Origin: Trichosphaerium sp. ATCC 40318
Lineage: Eukaryota > Protista > Tubulinea
Reading direction: 5' to 3'
NCBI GenBank assembly: GCA_038496445.1
Contig: JALMLS010000255.1
Location: forward strand, 496,001 to 560,000
Length of the DNA: 64,000 bases
Part shown: positions 1-12,169 of the stretch, piece by piece
Layout of the letters: the number at the start of each line of letters is the position of its first letter
How positions within the stretch are numbered: position 1 is the stretch's first letter
Notes under the pieces: generated by a model
What the model was told of the DNA's origin: nothing
The model's database searches: none
Seen by the model: only the letters and a program-made list of their open reading frames with translations
Position numbers and translations under genes: made by a program

Positions 1-61
1 CACGTGATTTATTTAAAAGCTGAAAACGTCACCTAAATTAACCACGTTAAGGATAACGTGA

Positions 62-600
62 GATGGTTTAGTTCATAACACTGGCGTCAAAGACCCCTTT
101 GTCAAACAAGCGGGAGAGGCAAAATGCCGAAACGTGTAAGTGCAAGTCGGCATATCCTTTTCACGAGCTATGCTTTCTAGACTACTACGTAGAGTACTAC
201 TATGACAGTGGAAGAACGCTAACGGTGTTAAGCAAGAGGAAACAAAACCGTTGTAGCGAGTAAATACTTCAGCGAGAAGCAATAACAGTAGTTGCAATGC
301 CAATATCAATTGATGCACTTATAACGCGATACTCAATCTAATGCGCACAGCACTCTTTCGCACAGTACTCTTTCGCAATGTATGGACGAATGAAGTACTC
401 ACAAAACTAATGAGTAATCTTGCGGAAAGAAAACAGTTACCAACTTCTAGTGCTTGTGAGGTATACTTGCGCTATTCAATCGCGCAGTGAGGGTAAACAG
501 ACAAAAACTAACAAAGCTGCAGCAAAGAACTCACAAGGAATAAGAGTAAGAGCCTTTACAAAGGATTACTAGTGGCTAGTGTACGCATTTGGTGGAGAGA
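62..600 (+). CDS. possible 3' part of an intron-containing gene of unknown function (begins before the window)
   Basis: Short open exon-like blocks bounded by ag|...|gt (GLVHNTGVKDPFVKQAGEAKCRN; YYVEYYYDSGRTL; NVWTNEVLTKLMSNLAERK). No motif recognised and the stop is not resolved. Confidence 0.25.
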
Positions 601-1096
601 ATAAAGACAAAAAAACCACAACGGAGCTGCACGAGGTAACAGTAAACCCTTATCACCTACGAATGGGATACCTCTACAATAAAGGCCAAACAGAGTTCAA
701 GCCGATACTCCATGTTGTTGTGGTTGTTTTCGTCTTTGCTCCCTGAAAAACGAAAGTCACGACTTTTCTAAAGGGTAGTTTTATGGTTTCAAAGGCACAT
801 GTCTAAAAACCAAGCGCAAAAGGATGGGCACCATTTACAGTATTTCGCTTTACGGTTTTCTACTCAAAACAATTGTTAATTTATCATTGTCTATACTTCG
901 CTATTAAGTGCTTAGATCCGCGTTTTCTTTGCCAAAGTCCAATTACAGCTGAAAACAGCGTCTGAGAAGAGAATTGTTTCCTGGACGAGCGCTTTTGCAT
1001 CCAGTTTAACCGGTTAAATGTCAACTTAATATTCCGCGTATCACCTCGAAGGCAGCTGGTGTTAACAAGCGTCGATAAAACAATTATTTGGAACCA

Positions 1097-2189
1097 ATGC
1101 AATTAGTGATAGCTGTTTTCGCGTTTGTTCTTGTTGGCTTTACTGTTGGTACGCCAAGTGCGCGTAATTAGATAGTAACAACGCCCTGTAGCGCAAGACA
1201 CTACCGGTGTTGTTTTCCCTCCTGAATTGCAAGGAAAACGAGGCCCATGCGTACTAAATAACCTGACGGAACCAATTGTGCGTTATTTCGATAGTTGCAG
1301 TATTTAAAGTTGTCTAACCCTAAAAAAGGCTGTACCTGGTCTACAACTATGTACTGAGTACAGAGCTCGGTCATGCTGCACATTAGAACAAGAAAACGAA
1401 TTTACTGATCCCTCAATTGCCGATTTTTTAATTTTACCAACTCTTGGTACTCTATTAGCTCATACTTAGTAACAGCAATACCAATTCGTTTTAGGAAGCG
1501 ATGGGTGCTACGAAAACTTCAGAAGAGCGTTGTGTTATTGGGTTTGTAACCCTGACGATAGAACCTTTATTCGTTTTACTGTACGTGATTTTCAACGGTT
1601 TATTGTATTAATAGTCTTGTTAGAGCGCTGATAATTTTACAATTAATGTTGCAGAGCCTCATGCCGCTAAGGTTTATAGTTCTTGCTCTGGACGTTGTAT
1701 TCGTGCTGGCACAATATCTGAGACCATCAGACAACGTTATGCAGGTACAATAAGCGTCATTGCATGTCAAAAAAAACCAAATTGTTTTTGTTTCAACTAA
1801 GCAATTACTAGATGGCATTACTTTCTTGAACTCCCTTACCTCCAGTGCTGTTCCTGGTTATACGTACGCGATTTTATAAGAGTTGTTTCGCGTTGAGATA
1901 GCTGGTGGCTTGAGACTGACGCGATTTTTAAGGCCTTCTATTGATACTCCGGCCCAAACGTATACACTCGATGATGGTGGCCTAAATTTGGTGAACGACA
2001 GCGAATTACCACTTGGCGATGGCTCTGGGACTGATTTGACAGGCAAGAATCACAAGTAACCACGCTGATTTCCTCTTAGGTTGTACAACCGTTCTACAGC
2101 CCAGTGTAGCCGCTAGCAGCGCTATTGGCGTTATGTCTAGCTTCTCTACATTTTTGATGTTAGCTGTTTTATTGCTAGCTTTGTTATAA
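1097..2189 (+). CDS. secreted Cys-containing surface protein, probably GPI-anchored (multi-exon)
   Basis: ATG 1097 gives signal peptide MQLVIAVFAFVLVGFTV. Internal exons include GSDGCYENFRRALCYW and YSSCSGRC. The last exon ends ...ASSAIGVMSSFSTFLMLAVLLLALL* (TAA 2187-2189), a small-residue stretch plus hydrophobic tail typical of a GPI signal. Confidence 0.6.
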
Positions 2190-2509
2190 ATTTTTAAACA
2201 GATCGTACCGCATTATCATGACGCATGTATGTGAAGAAAAAGCTGTATTTCGCGTGTAAAATCAACGAAATAAAGTTGACCTAACTAAATACAAAAAAAA
2301 CGTTACTGGATTAGCAAAGGCAACACGCGAAACCGAATTCCCTCTTATAGATCTTCTATTCGCCAACAGTTAACGGAATTCCACCCATAACATATGAATA
2401 CAACCAATCCGGCGCAACAAAAAGTAGGTGTAGACGCTAGTTACACTTTTCGTTAAATAATTTGTAGGATTCGTTTATATTATCCAATCTGGCTCTACAC
2501 GATTCAACA

Positions 2510-3888
2510 ATGCTGTTAGAAGGTATATTAGGCGAATGTAAGATAAATAAGCACGCTCTGGACACAGCCTGCCTGATCAATAACAGAATGACAACACTTA
2601 ATGGCCAAATGCCTCTCGTGCCGTATTCTACGAGCCTAGAGTTTAATCCTTGCAATTCACAGTTATCTTACACTACATTATCAAAGAAAGCTCTACACGA
2701 AGTTTGGAACGCGGGAGGTATCAAAACACAACGACAAGCACCCGAAAATGATTTTGAACGAGCACCATACGCAAATTTGCTTCTAGAATTTTTAAATCCT
2801 TTCTTTACAACGCTATTGGCAAAGAAGCCTCCAACCTGTGCCCAAGACGCTTTCAATTCTCTTATTAGCAGTTTACAGATGTACGTTCCCAAAAACGCGA
2901 ACACATTTATGTTCAACTCAACGCACTGGAAACAGCACTCTATTTTCGATTCATCGTTTAATCGTTTTAAACTGAAAATTCCGAAATTTGGTTTTGTAGT
3001 TTCGGTTGGCACTAACTTGTTACGTAGTCACTGTGAGCGCGAAAAAGAGCTTAAAACAAGACTACTTAAAGAGATGAATATTAAGCGGTTTTTGGTGCCT
3101 TATGTTGATATTCATCTACCAGCTGAGGCTATTTTACACTATAATGATATTGATGAAGATGATCCAAGAGTCTTGTGGTATCTTAACCATCCTACATACG
3201 GCAGTACGCCAATCTTCTTTTTTTTTTTTTCGAACTAGTACTCGCTTGTTGGGCGCGTTTTTTTGTGTGACTATAGCCAAATTGGTTTGACGTATTTTTT
3301 TTAGAGGACGTGAGAAAACTAGGAGCGTTTTTAGATAAGTATGATGCTAATAATCAGGTAAGAAAAAGTATCTCATTATTTTCTTTTTTTTTGCTAAACC
3401 CGCTTGTAGATTTTGTGTATGTTTATTTGGAGTTCTGTTGATAATAAGTTGGTAAACCTACCATGTGTTGGTCTTAATCCATATCCTTTATGCTGGCATT
3501 GCAACAAAAGTAAGTCTGGAAAGAAGTATTTTTTTGGAAAAAACATAAATCATTAACTATTTTTTAAAGAGTTTGGTATGCTTACATGCTCTCGATGTGG
3601 CATTGCGAAGTATTGTAGCAAGTACGTGTAATTCTTAGTTAGAATTCCGTTTGGCTTGCACGTTTTTCCATCTTTTGACTGTCGAAAACGTGAACGACAT
3701 TTTTTTTTTGAAACAAGAAATTAATTAAGTTTTTTACAGGGAGTGCCATCGTTGTCAATGGACAAACCATAAATCTTTATGTACAGAATGGGCGCAACTT
3801 GGAAAAGAATTCAAGTACGTGTTACTGCTACAATAAGAACAACGTCGATATGCTAACTTATTGTCTCAGACACGTGTATATTAGTTAA
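2510..3888 (+). CDS. MYND-type zinc finger protein (multi-exon)
   Basis: Long first exon (ORF 2510-3238). Spliced 3' exons read CWHCNK...LTCSRCGIAKYCS-(K/R)ECHRCQWTNHKSLC, the MYND Cys/His pattern. AATAAA follows near 3917. Confidence 0.75.
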
Positions 3889-4056
3889 CTGATCTGTCGA
3901 ACTACAAAGTGTACAAATAATAATAAAACTTGTTTACCTTTACATTGTTATTGACGCTTGTGCATACAACGTGGCGTCAACCATTAAGAGCATCTGTATC
4001 AATTTATTTACTTATTTTGACTTTATACGTTTCCTAGCTGCAGTTTAAAGATCAGC

Positions 4057-5868
4057 ATGGGTACTCCCGAACCACGGGATTCTGAGTATCTTGGTGGCGG
4101 TATTGTAACTGAAGATGGTAGAACTGTTTATGGATTAGACGCAACTACGTATTTACGAGTACGAATCGTCACCTCAATTGTTTGTTTTAATTACTGTTAC
4201 CAGGTAAAAGGAAAGGAAGATCCAAACATAGAAATACAATTGATGTACTGCCATTTTACTATTTTTCTTCCCCTTACGTATTTTAGTACATGGATAGAGT
4301 CTATACTAGGTGCTAGATTACCAGGGCACCCAACGAGTTTATATCATGCTCTCAAGGATGGAATAGCTTTGTGCAGGTATTTTCCTTTTAAACTATTACA
4401 TATACGCGCTAGCTCACCACACATAGGTTGGTGAATAAATTCTTACCAAGTAACGCGCAAATCAATTATTTTAACCGCGAAAAGGGTAAAATACACCCAG
4501 TGAAAGCACAAGTAAGTAAATGACACGTATAAAACCAACTAAACCTTTTACGAAAGGACAACGTCGCTTCGTACTTAAAAGTATGTAGGCGACTAGGTAT
4601 GAAGCCTGATGCTCTATTTCAAGTTAGTGACTTGTGCAAAAAGCGTTACATAGCCCAGGTAGGCATTTTCTTTTCCAGAATTCTGCGTTATTTTATTTCT
4701 TACTTCTCTTTAAAAAAAATACAAAACAGAAAAACGTGTATCTCCGTTTCGTGTACATTCTTTTTTCTCAAATTATCGTTGTAGGTTTATATAAACCTAG
4801 CAGAGCTTGGTAAACAACTTAATATCGTAGCCAAGTATAGCGCTGATAACAACAATTCTAATGCTCCTGTGGTATCAGATATACGTATGTATAAGCGTCG
4901 AATAGCGCTTCCATTGTGCCAGGGAGATTTAACAGCTTATTAGGCGAATCTAGTCCACCACCTGTAAAAAAAGATGAGGCACCTACGCGCGTAGTAGAGC
5001 CTGCACCTACCCCCAAAGTACAACAAATTATTCTACCTGTAGAAAAAGAAATACAGCCACCTGTATCCAAGCCCGTGGTCGCGCAAACGGCTCCAATAGT
5101 GCGTCCTGTTGCTGAACCGAAAATGGAGCGTAGAATTACACGTACAGAAGTGGAACGAGTACAAGAACCTGTACCAAGGCCTGTGAAAAACGTAGAGCCT
5201 GTGAAAAAATTAGAGCCTGTCATTTACAGTGACAATGTAGAGGAACCTATTATCAAAGAAAAACTCTCTTTGGCGCCGCATAGGAAGGTTATCCAGCGTA
5301 CAAAAGCAACTAGAGAAATATCTCCTCAAGCTGCTCGTGTAGCTTCTGAAAAGCATTTACAACAGGCTCTTGATAGACACCTACAGGCAGAGATTGAGCA
5401 CTTTAAGAAATCTCAAATGTGCTGGATGCTACTTGTCGGTACGAATTTTTTTTTTTTTGACACATTGCGCAATGTGATTCCGTAAATTTTCTGGTTTTTT
5501 TTATTTTTTTTGCGAATAGGTTAGTTCGAGTGCTTATTGTATTGTCCTTAGGTTATATTATGTTCGTTCTATTTGCAGTTATGACTGCTGCAATCATGTG
5601 GACATCTAATCCTAGTGAGGAGATCCTTAGATCTCGCATCAAAGAGAAAACTGAAACTGACATCTATGAGATGATGTTTACGCCTGTTCTGAGTTATTTG
5701 TCAAATTTTTTCGGTGCATCATCAAACAAGGCAATTAATGTATCGAACTGGGGCTTTTTCAGTTGGGCTAACGTAAACGATGGTACTCAATTTTTAGGTA
5801 TATTTGGTCAATGGTTTGATATTACTTATTTTTATCGTACTATTGCCTGTATATTGTGTAGTATTTAA
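4057..5868 (+). CDS. calponin-homology (CH) domain protein with Pro/Glu/Val-rich linker and C-terminal transmembrane segments
   Basis: WIESILG...LYHALKDGIALC-LVNKF...DNVASYLKVCRRLGM...LFQVSDL matches a calponin-type CH domain. ORF 4916-5485 is a low-complexity linker. ORF 5530-5868 has hydrophobic helices. Confidence 0.75.
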
Positions 5869-6299
5869 ATGTAAATTAGTAATAATTGTTTTGTAAAAAA
5901 CATAGGGAGCGTTTATTTGTAAATTATACCCTTTGTATCGAGAGCAAGGTGTATTATTTATTGATCCTGACTGTACTTACCTACACGTTCTGATACACGA
6001 ACAACATTTTAGCACCGAGTGATAGAGCACCAGGACGCAAAGCAGTCAAATCCACAAGGCATGTAAACGCTCTTGAACCGTTTTGGTTTCGAACTGACTT
6101 TAGTATCTCAATGTTCATCTCAATTTATACTTTATTTGTTGGAGAAAGTTTTCCTTCTCGTCGTTACGGTCATCCTCCCTATAGGCGATAGTTTTTTTAT
6201 TATGACGTTTTAGCTATAACACACGTTTCTGTTAAACCACGTGATCATAATCTCCAATAAGGTGATATATTGAGAATACCTTATTAAGAATTCTAGAAC

Positions 6300-8318
6300 A
6301 TGGCAACGTATCCGTGTTTACGACTCTTGTACCTGTCTTTCTTCGGTGTATGCTTTTGTGGCCTTCTTATAGACGACTTTATGCAACCTTCTTTGATAAA
6401 ACTGGACCAACAAGTACAACAAAACGAAGTTCTGATGAGTAGCAATGGGCAATCCTTTATTGGAAACGAAAGAATGGCTATAGCGCGTGTACAACAAGGG
6501 AAACATTCTTCTGTGGTGATAACAAACGGAATATTTGCGTATAGTAACGATGCTACTACTACTGGTACTGTTTCTCTCGAGTATAGAAGTGATGTTGGTC
6601 CTATGGATCCAGTAGTTGACTTTACGAAGTATGGAGGTACGCTATTGTTCGAGTATGCCTTACCGCGTCGAAAAAAAAACTCGATAACGTGCTAATCAAG
6701 ATAAAAAAAAAAGAGTTATCTCCGAACCGTTACACTAACCTCGTTTTCCTAGATTGTTATCTATTGCATGTCGCTGAATCAGATCAAGAACATACAATCA
6801 GTATAAATGCGGCTACAGAATCAGAAAATCTCGAGGCAAGCTACGCTTTTAATGTTAACGATGTCAATGCACCTGGAGTAAATCTCTGTTTAAGACTACC
6901 AGGTATCCACACGTTGCTGTATTTTCCAAGTATAGTATTCTATTGTTTTTTACCTAACCACAATCTAAGGCGATTTGGAGACCTACAAGAGAGTAATTGG
7001 TCTAAAACTGAGCGATTCTGCAATCAGTAAAAGAGTAGATGTTCTCTACACTCGTTTTTGTTTAACACCTTCCGTTTCTTGTTGGCATGAAGGAATTGAA
7101 AACGTACAAGAAGATACAACAATCAAAGTTATAGTAAAATGTCGTAACTTTGAATCGCTTCCATCACGTGCAGAGTCTTTGAACATAGAAATAGGATTCC
7201 CGGAAACAATCGGATCTATTAACCCTGGCACGATCTCTTGCTCTACTTCTGTACGTTGCCTCTTATAGTTTGAAAATACCTGCGTTGTTAATTCTGATTT
7301 AAGGATGTACCATCTTTTACAGACAACCCACAGCACGTCATTGTTTCGTCAACTATTCTCGAAGGAGAAACTATAGAGTGTTCCTTTGATGTAGACATAC
7401 TACAAACTGGAACGATTCAAGGATTTGGTGCGGTAATAACAAATACAGAAACGGGTGCTATCAGCTATTCTGTTGCGAATGAGGATAGGTACCATGCCGC
7501 CGTATCAATGCTTGCTAAACTTCAATAGTTTTGCTTCAGCACAATTTTGTGAAGAGCAACAACCGCCATCAGTTACTCTAGTTCCCTCTGCTCCACAAGT
7601 ACCGGGTATTAATGATCATCTATTCAACTGAACTAATCATTCTTACAGTAGAATCAAGTCAAGAACCTTCTACGTCATCTTCCGCTACAGTAAGACCAAC
7701 AACTTCTACTTTCAGCTGACTTATTTAAAGGTTCAACTTGCACTGGATCAAACGCGTGTTTTGACAATCGATGAAATAGCATCTCAGTTAAAGACTGGTA
7801 TTGAATCATCCACTTCCTTGATAGTTGAGAGTGTTTCTCCAACCACAAAACGCCAAGTATCGAACACTGTCAATACTATTATTTCTTCCGATACAGCTGC
7901 TGAAGACGATTTGGAAAGTTCATTGTGTAATGAAACTACACTTGCCACTATCTCCGAAAGTATGCCAGATATTAATATTCTTGGCTGTGGTGGAATAGCT
8001 TCAGGACCAACTGAAGCTACTAGCGATGGCGGTGATGATTCTTCAAGCCTCCTGTGGCTTTACATCCTTATTGGTAGGTTACTTTTCCCGTTTAATATGG
8101 TTAATGATGTCTCACAAATGCTAGGTGTCGCGTGCTTTATCGTTCTAGTAGTTATCATTGTAGTTATTGTAGTCTCTAAAAAAAGAAAAGGAAGGAAAAA
8201 TACAACACCTTCGGATGACTTAGAAGGAACTGAGATGGATGACAGATCGACACCAGAACTACCACGTACTAGTGATGACGATGAAGAAATAGACTTGACT
8301 TCTGGTGATGAGAGCTAG
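6300..8318 (+). CDS. secreted single-pass (type I) membrane protein of unknown function
   Basis: Signal peptide MATYPCLRLLYLSFFGVCFCG, several Cys/Ser/Thr-rich exons, a TM segment (LLWLYILIG...ACFIVLVVIIVVIVV) followed by KKRKGRK stop-transfer and an acidic tail. Confidence 0.65.
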
Positions 8319-9016
8319 CCACTACATAGCACAGTTACAATAAATTCTAAGCAACACCACTGTTTTTTTTTACAGAACATTCTTAAAGCTACTACGACGA
8401 AAGACAGGTAGCTCTATTTCCGAGCAGTCATTGTCTCTCCTTGATTTATCCTCATTACGTTGTAACTTGGATTGCCTTGAGCACAGTTAGGTGAGTACAA
8501 ATAGATGAATCGTGAGCCGACATTTCAAGCGAATTTGTGTCCGATCTCTGACTTACGATGTTGCAAATTGCTTTTTTTCAGTAAACGGAACCCAACAGGT
8601 GTTGAACAGGTTGTTTAAACGCTAGAATACCCTATAATACCGCTCTCTATTTTTAGTAGCGTTTAAGCGGTAAAAAAGGAATAACGGTTCAGTTGCACGC
8701 TGGTGAAACAACATCTCTCCGAAACGGTTCTCACACGCGCAAACAGACCACACAAGGCTTTATTCAGGTATCTATCAGTAATTAAGACTAAACCTAGATG
8801 CGACTCGCTCTAGAGAAGGCGTATGTAGTTTAAAAGCTACGCACATACTATTCTACAGAGTAGAGCGCTATTTATATTTTTTTCGAGTTCGAGAAAACAA
8901 CACATTTTGCAGCTTTCGGCGCGCAAAAGTAATTTAGATTACAAAAAAGCTTTGTAGCTGCCATTAGCAACTTTCACTCTTACTGAAACTGATTTTCTAA
9001 GACGTCCTTTAGTGTT

Positions 9017-12000
9017 ATGAGTTTCAAAAACAAACTACAAGAGTACTGTGCGCGAGTTGGATCACCATTGCCAGAGTATGAAACTGAAATATGTGCTTGT
9101 GATCTTTGGGCTGTACGTTTTTACAGACTCAAGTATTGTATAATGCACTAACAAGAACAATAGTCAACTGTAACAGTGTACAAACCGGTAAAAACAGAGT
9201 ATAGCGGCGATCCAAAACGGAGAAAAAAAGAAGCAGAGCAGGATGCAGCTAAAACAGCTCTGCTTGCTATTACTGTACGTTACAACCAAAATTTAAATAC
9301 CAGTTACTTTCAGTAACTCTTATTACAAAGGCTGCTTTGGTTGTAAGTTGTACAAAAACGCTAGAGAAGTTGCAACAAATAGCACCGTTTTTGGCTATCA
9401 AAGATGTGGAGAGACTTTCTACAACTTGTACACAACTACACAATGTACGTATAATGTTTGCTTTTGAGTTACAGTCATCTAACAAGGATTTACTTTAGGG
9501 CATGTGGCAAGAGGTGGCACAAACAAATTTCGGTGGCTATGAAAAAAAGAAAAAACATAGTTGGAAGATCCATGTACGTCTTTTTGTTCACCTTGAGTCC
9601 CGTAGTTAAAAGAGTTTTCTAACTCGTTTCTATAGGCCATACGCTGTATAAACTTGCGAGGACAGCAGTTTAAAGAGGAGCCAATCCGAGAGTTGGCACA
9701 TCTGTATTCAAACAAAATAGTCGATTCTGAATATGACGTGGACATGAGTACGGTTTTTTTTTGATGTTTAATATGTACTTTTTTGAATTCTTCTCATTTG
9801 TGTTGTTAGGTTCGTTTTGTGGGAAACGTTATGAATTCCACTATAAAAACATTCATAAATTTATGTGGAAAGCAACTGTACGACATAAAACATCAACAGG
9901 TATTAGTAACAACTTACCTCTCGTTTTTGTAGATCACGTGCCCTACCATGATAGTGCCAATCGTGCAATTCGGGTGGGGCAAAGGAAAGAAGGCAGCTAG
10001 GGCTCTAGCTGCTGAAAGAGCATTCTGCTCTATAGACAAGATTTGTCAGTGCGTCTATTCCACATTATTTATTTTGAGTTGTTAACTTGGTTTTTTTTTT
10101 TAAAGCTTTATGGCTTACCATCGCGAAGCCATAAATATGGCTTTTGATCCAAATAGGGGTTATGGAACATTCCTGGTGTGCAATCTGAAGAAAGCCGTAT
10201 TGGTACGCAATGTTACAAGTATCGCACCTTACCTTTTTTTTTTTTTTAAAGAGCAGCAAAGAGTTCTGCGATTATTTATTTCATGAAAACAATGCTACAC
10301 CAGTTTTAAACATTGGTAGTAACAGATATCCTACTCTACATATCACGGCAGTGTTTATGGCCCTCTACAAGTCCATTAATATTAGAAAAGTTGTGATAAA
10401 CTTGGATGAACCAATATGTGATATTGGTAAACCAATGTACTGGGCGTTCCGTCTGATTCTTCGACAAAATCAGACTATTGATGATATAGAGCCAGATTAT
10501 GTAAGCAGTCCACTTTTAAAACAAAATTATTTTGATGTTGAAAATAGTTTTTTATGATTGACACTTGAGTAAATAGTAGCCATACATACTCTAAATAATA
10601 AGCAGAAAGTATGAAACATTCACCAACAGTGATGTAGCGTACAATGACTCTAAAAAATAGTTTAATTTTGTGCCTTTTTAAGCATTGTTTAGCTAAGTCA
10701 TACTTATTGCACGCATTATCAATTATGTTTTCATCACTTTGAGTAGGTGCCAATGATCGCATTTAATAGCCTAAAAGCATGTTATTGAAAAGTAAACGCA
10801 CAATAAAGTGCCTCAAATGTGGGAGTTTGTTGAATGATATTTGATGAAACAAAAGGTTTACTATTCTACACTGATGTTATATGTGATGTTCTACACCTTT
10901 CTTCATTTGGAAATGAGTATATGGCGTAGTGGTGCCACTATGATCAATTGTAAAAATACGCATGCCAATAGCGTTTGCATCAAAAGTACTCACTTACATT
11001 TTTTTTTCCCCAAAGTTATTGGCCAATCAATTTTACATCTCAAGAATTGCCTTCAATATACTCATATGTGTTGCAAGTGATGTATTTTAGCTGGCACGTT
11101 TTTGCGTTTTAGAAATGGATCAGTTTTCTACATCTGGAATTTTTCGTAAAACCAATATTAAAGGCTAGGGCCAAAACGGTCCAAACTGCGAATATGTAGA
11201 AATAGAAGTATATGAACTGTTTATATAGTTTAGAGAATATCGATGGCATCACCTGGCATTACACCTTTTTTTTGCCTTTTTGTTTTAAACGGCGTTTTAT
11301 GCTCGGAAACACATATTCTACGCATGGGTAACACTGATAAAGTATTGTTCTTTGATTTTAAAGAGCAATTAATTTTTTTAGCCACTAAACGCTGTAAAAC
11401 CCTTATAACTTCAGTTCCTACGTATTTGGAACTATTAAAAGGCTGTGTAATGCGCAGGCATCATGAAACCGTGTTCAAGGAGTTTATGTTGCTACTTTCC
11501 TTTTAAGGCAAAAAGTTCTTGCTTAAAAGTAAGTACTTTTTTCCGCGCTTACAACGTAATTTTATGCTCTCACACTCCACCACCTTGTTTAACAGCACCT
11601 TTTAAAGCCGATAAGCGCATGTGGAATGCTTACGTAATCTGGCTCTAGTGTTTCTAAAGACATTTGAAAGTAATCTACTGGTGTTGAACGGAAGAAAAGA
11701 TCTACCTTTATTGTTGGATGCAGATGGTACACAGTAACATCAATACTTTTTTTTTAAGGTAATTCTCACTTTTTTAGCAGTATTGCCAGAACGTTTTCAA
11801 CATTTTTTACCATCACAAGAGCCACTCTCACAACCCTTGTTTGAGTTTAATCTTGACACAGAAGAACCGTCAACTACTCCAGAAGCTCTTGAGTTTATTG
11901 AAGAAGAATGCTCGACAGAAGGTACATTTTTTTCGGTTTTGTCTTGTGATCTTGTTTACTTTCCTGCCAGATGTGTATGGGCCGTCAGAGTCTCAGTTTT

Positions 12001-12077
12001 GGAAGGATTTCAGCAAAGGAAAATTTGATTTAAAACGAAAGCGCCGTGTAAAACGAGTTGACTACTCAAATATGTAG
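9017..12077 (+). CDS. double-stranded RNA-binding protein with two dsRBDs; carries a 1.16-kb TIR element at 10489-11645
   Basis: dsRBD1: MSFKNKLQEYC...LPEYET...KRRKKEAEQDAAKTALLAI. dsRBD2: ...FMWKATV...FGWGKGKKAARALAAERAF. Removing the element plus one TA restores the frame (DDI-VFLKTFESNLL...), and further exons splice cleanly to ...KRVDYSNM* at 12077. Confidence 0.8.
10489..11645. mobile_element. non-autonomous TIR DNA transposon, copy 1, with TA target duplication (Tc1/mariner-like)
   Basis: 25-bp TIRs GAGCCAGATTATGTAAGCAGTCCAC (10489-10513) and GTGGAATGCTTACGTAATCTGGCTC (11621-11645), 2 mismatches. TA on both flanks (10487-88, 11646-47). No transposase ORF. Second copy at 16573-17716. 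Confidence 0.9.
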
Positions 12078-12169
12078 TGCAACTATATAATAAAGAATCC
12101 ATACAACGAAAATAGAAGCTACAGTGAAATCTCGTTTTATTTCGACTTTAACACGTGTGAATGAAACGA

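Noticed and set aside
344-378. 15-bp tandem duplication GCACAG(C/T)ACTCTTTC
   Set aside because: Two copies only, consistent with ordinary slippage.
10489-11645. Short ORFs inside the TIR element as a transposase
   Set aside because: All are under 100 aa, lack DDE motifs and are not conserved in frame between the two copies.
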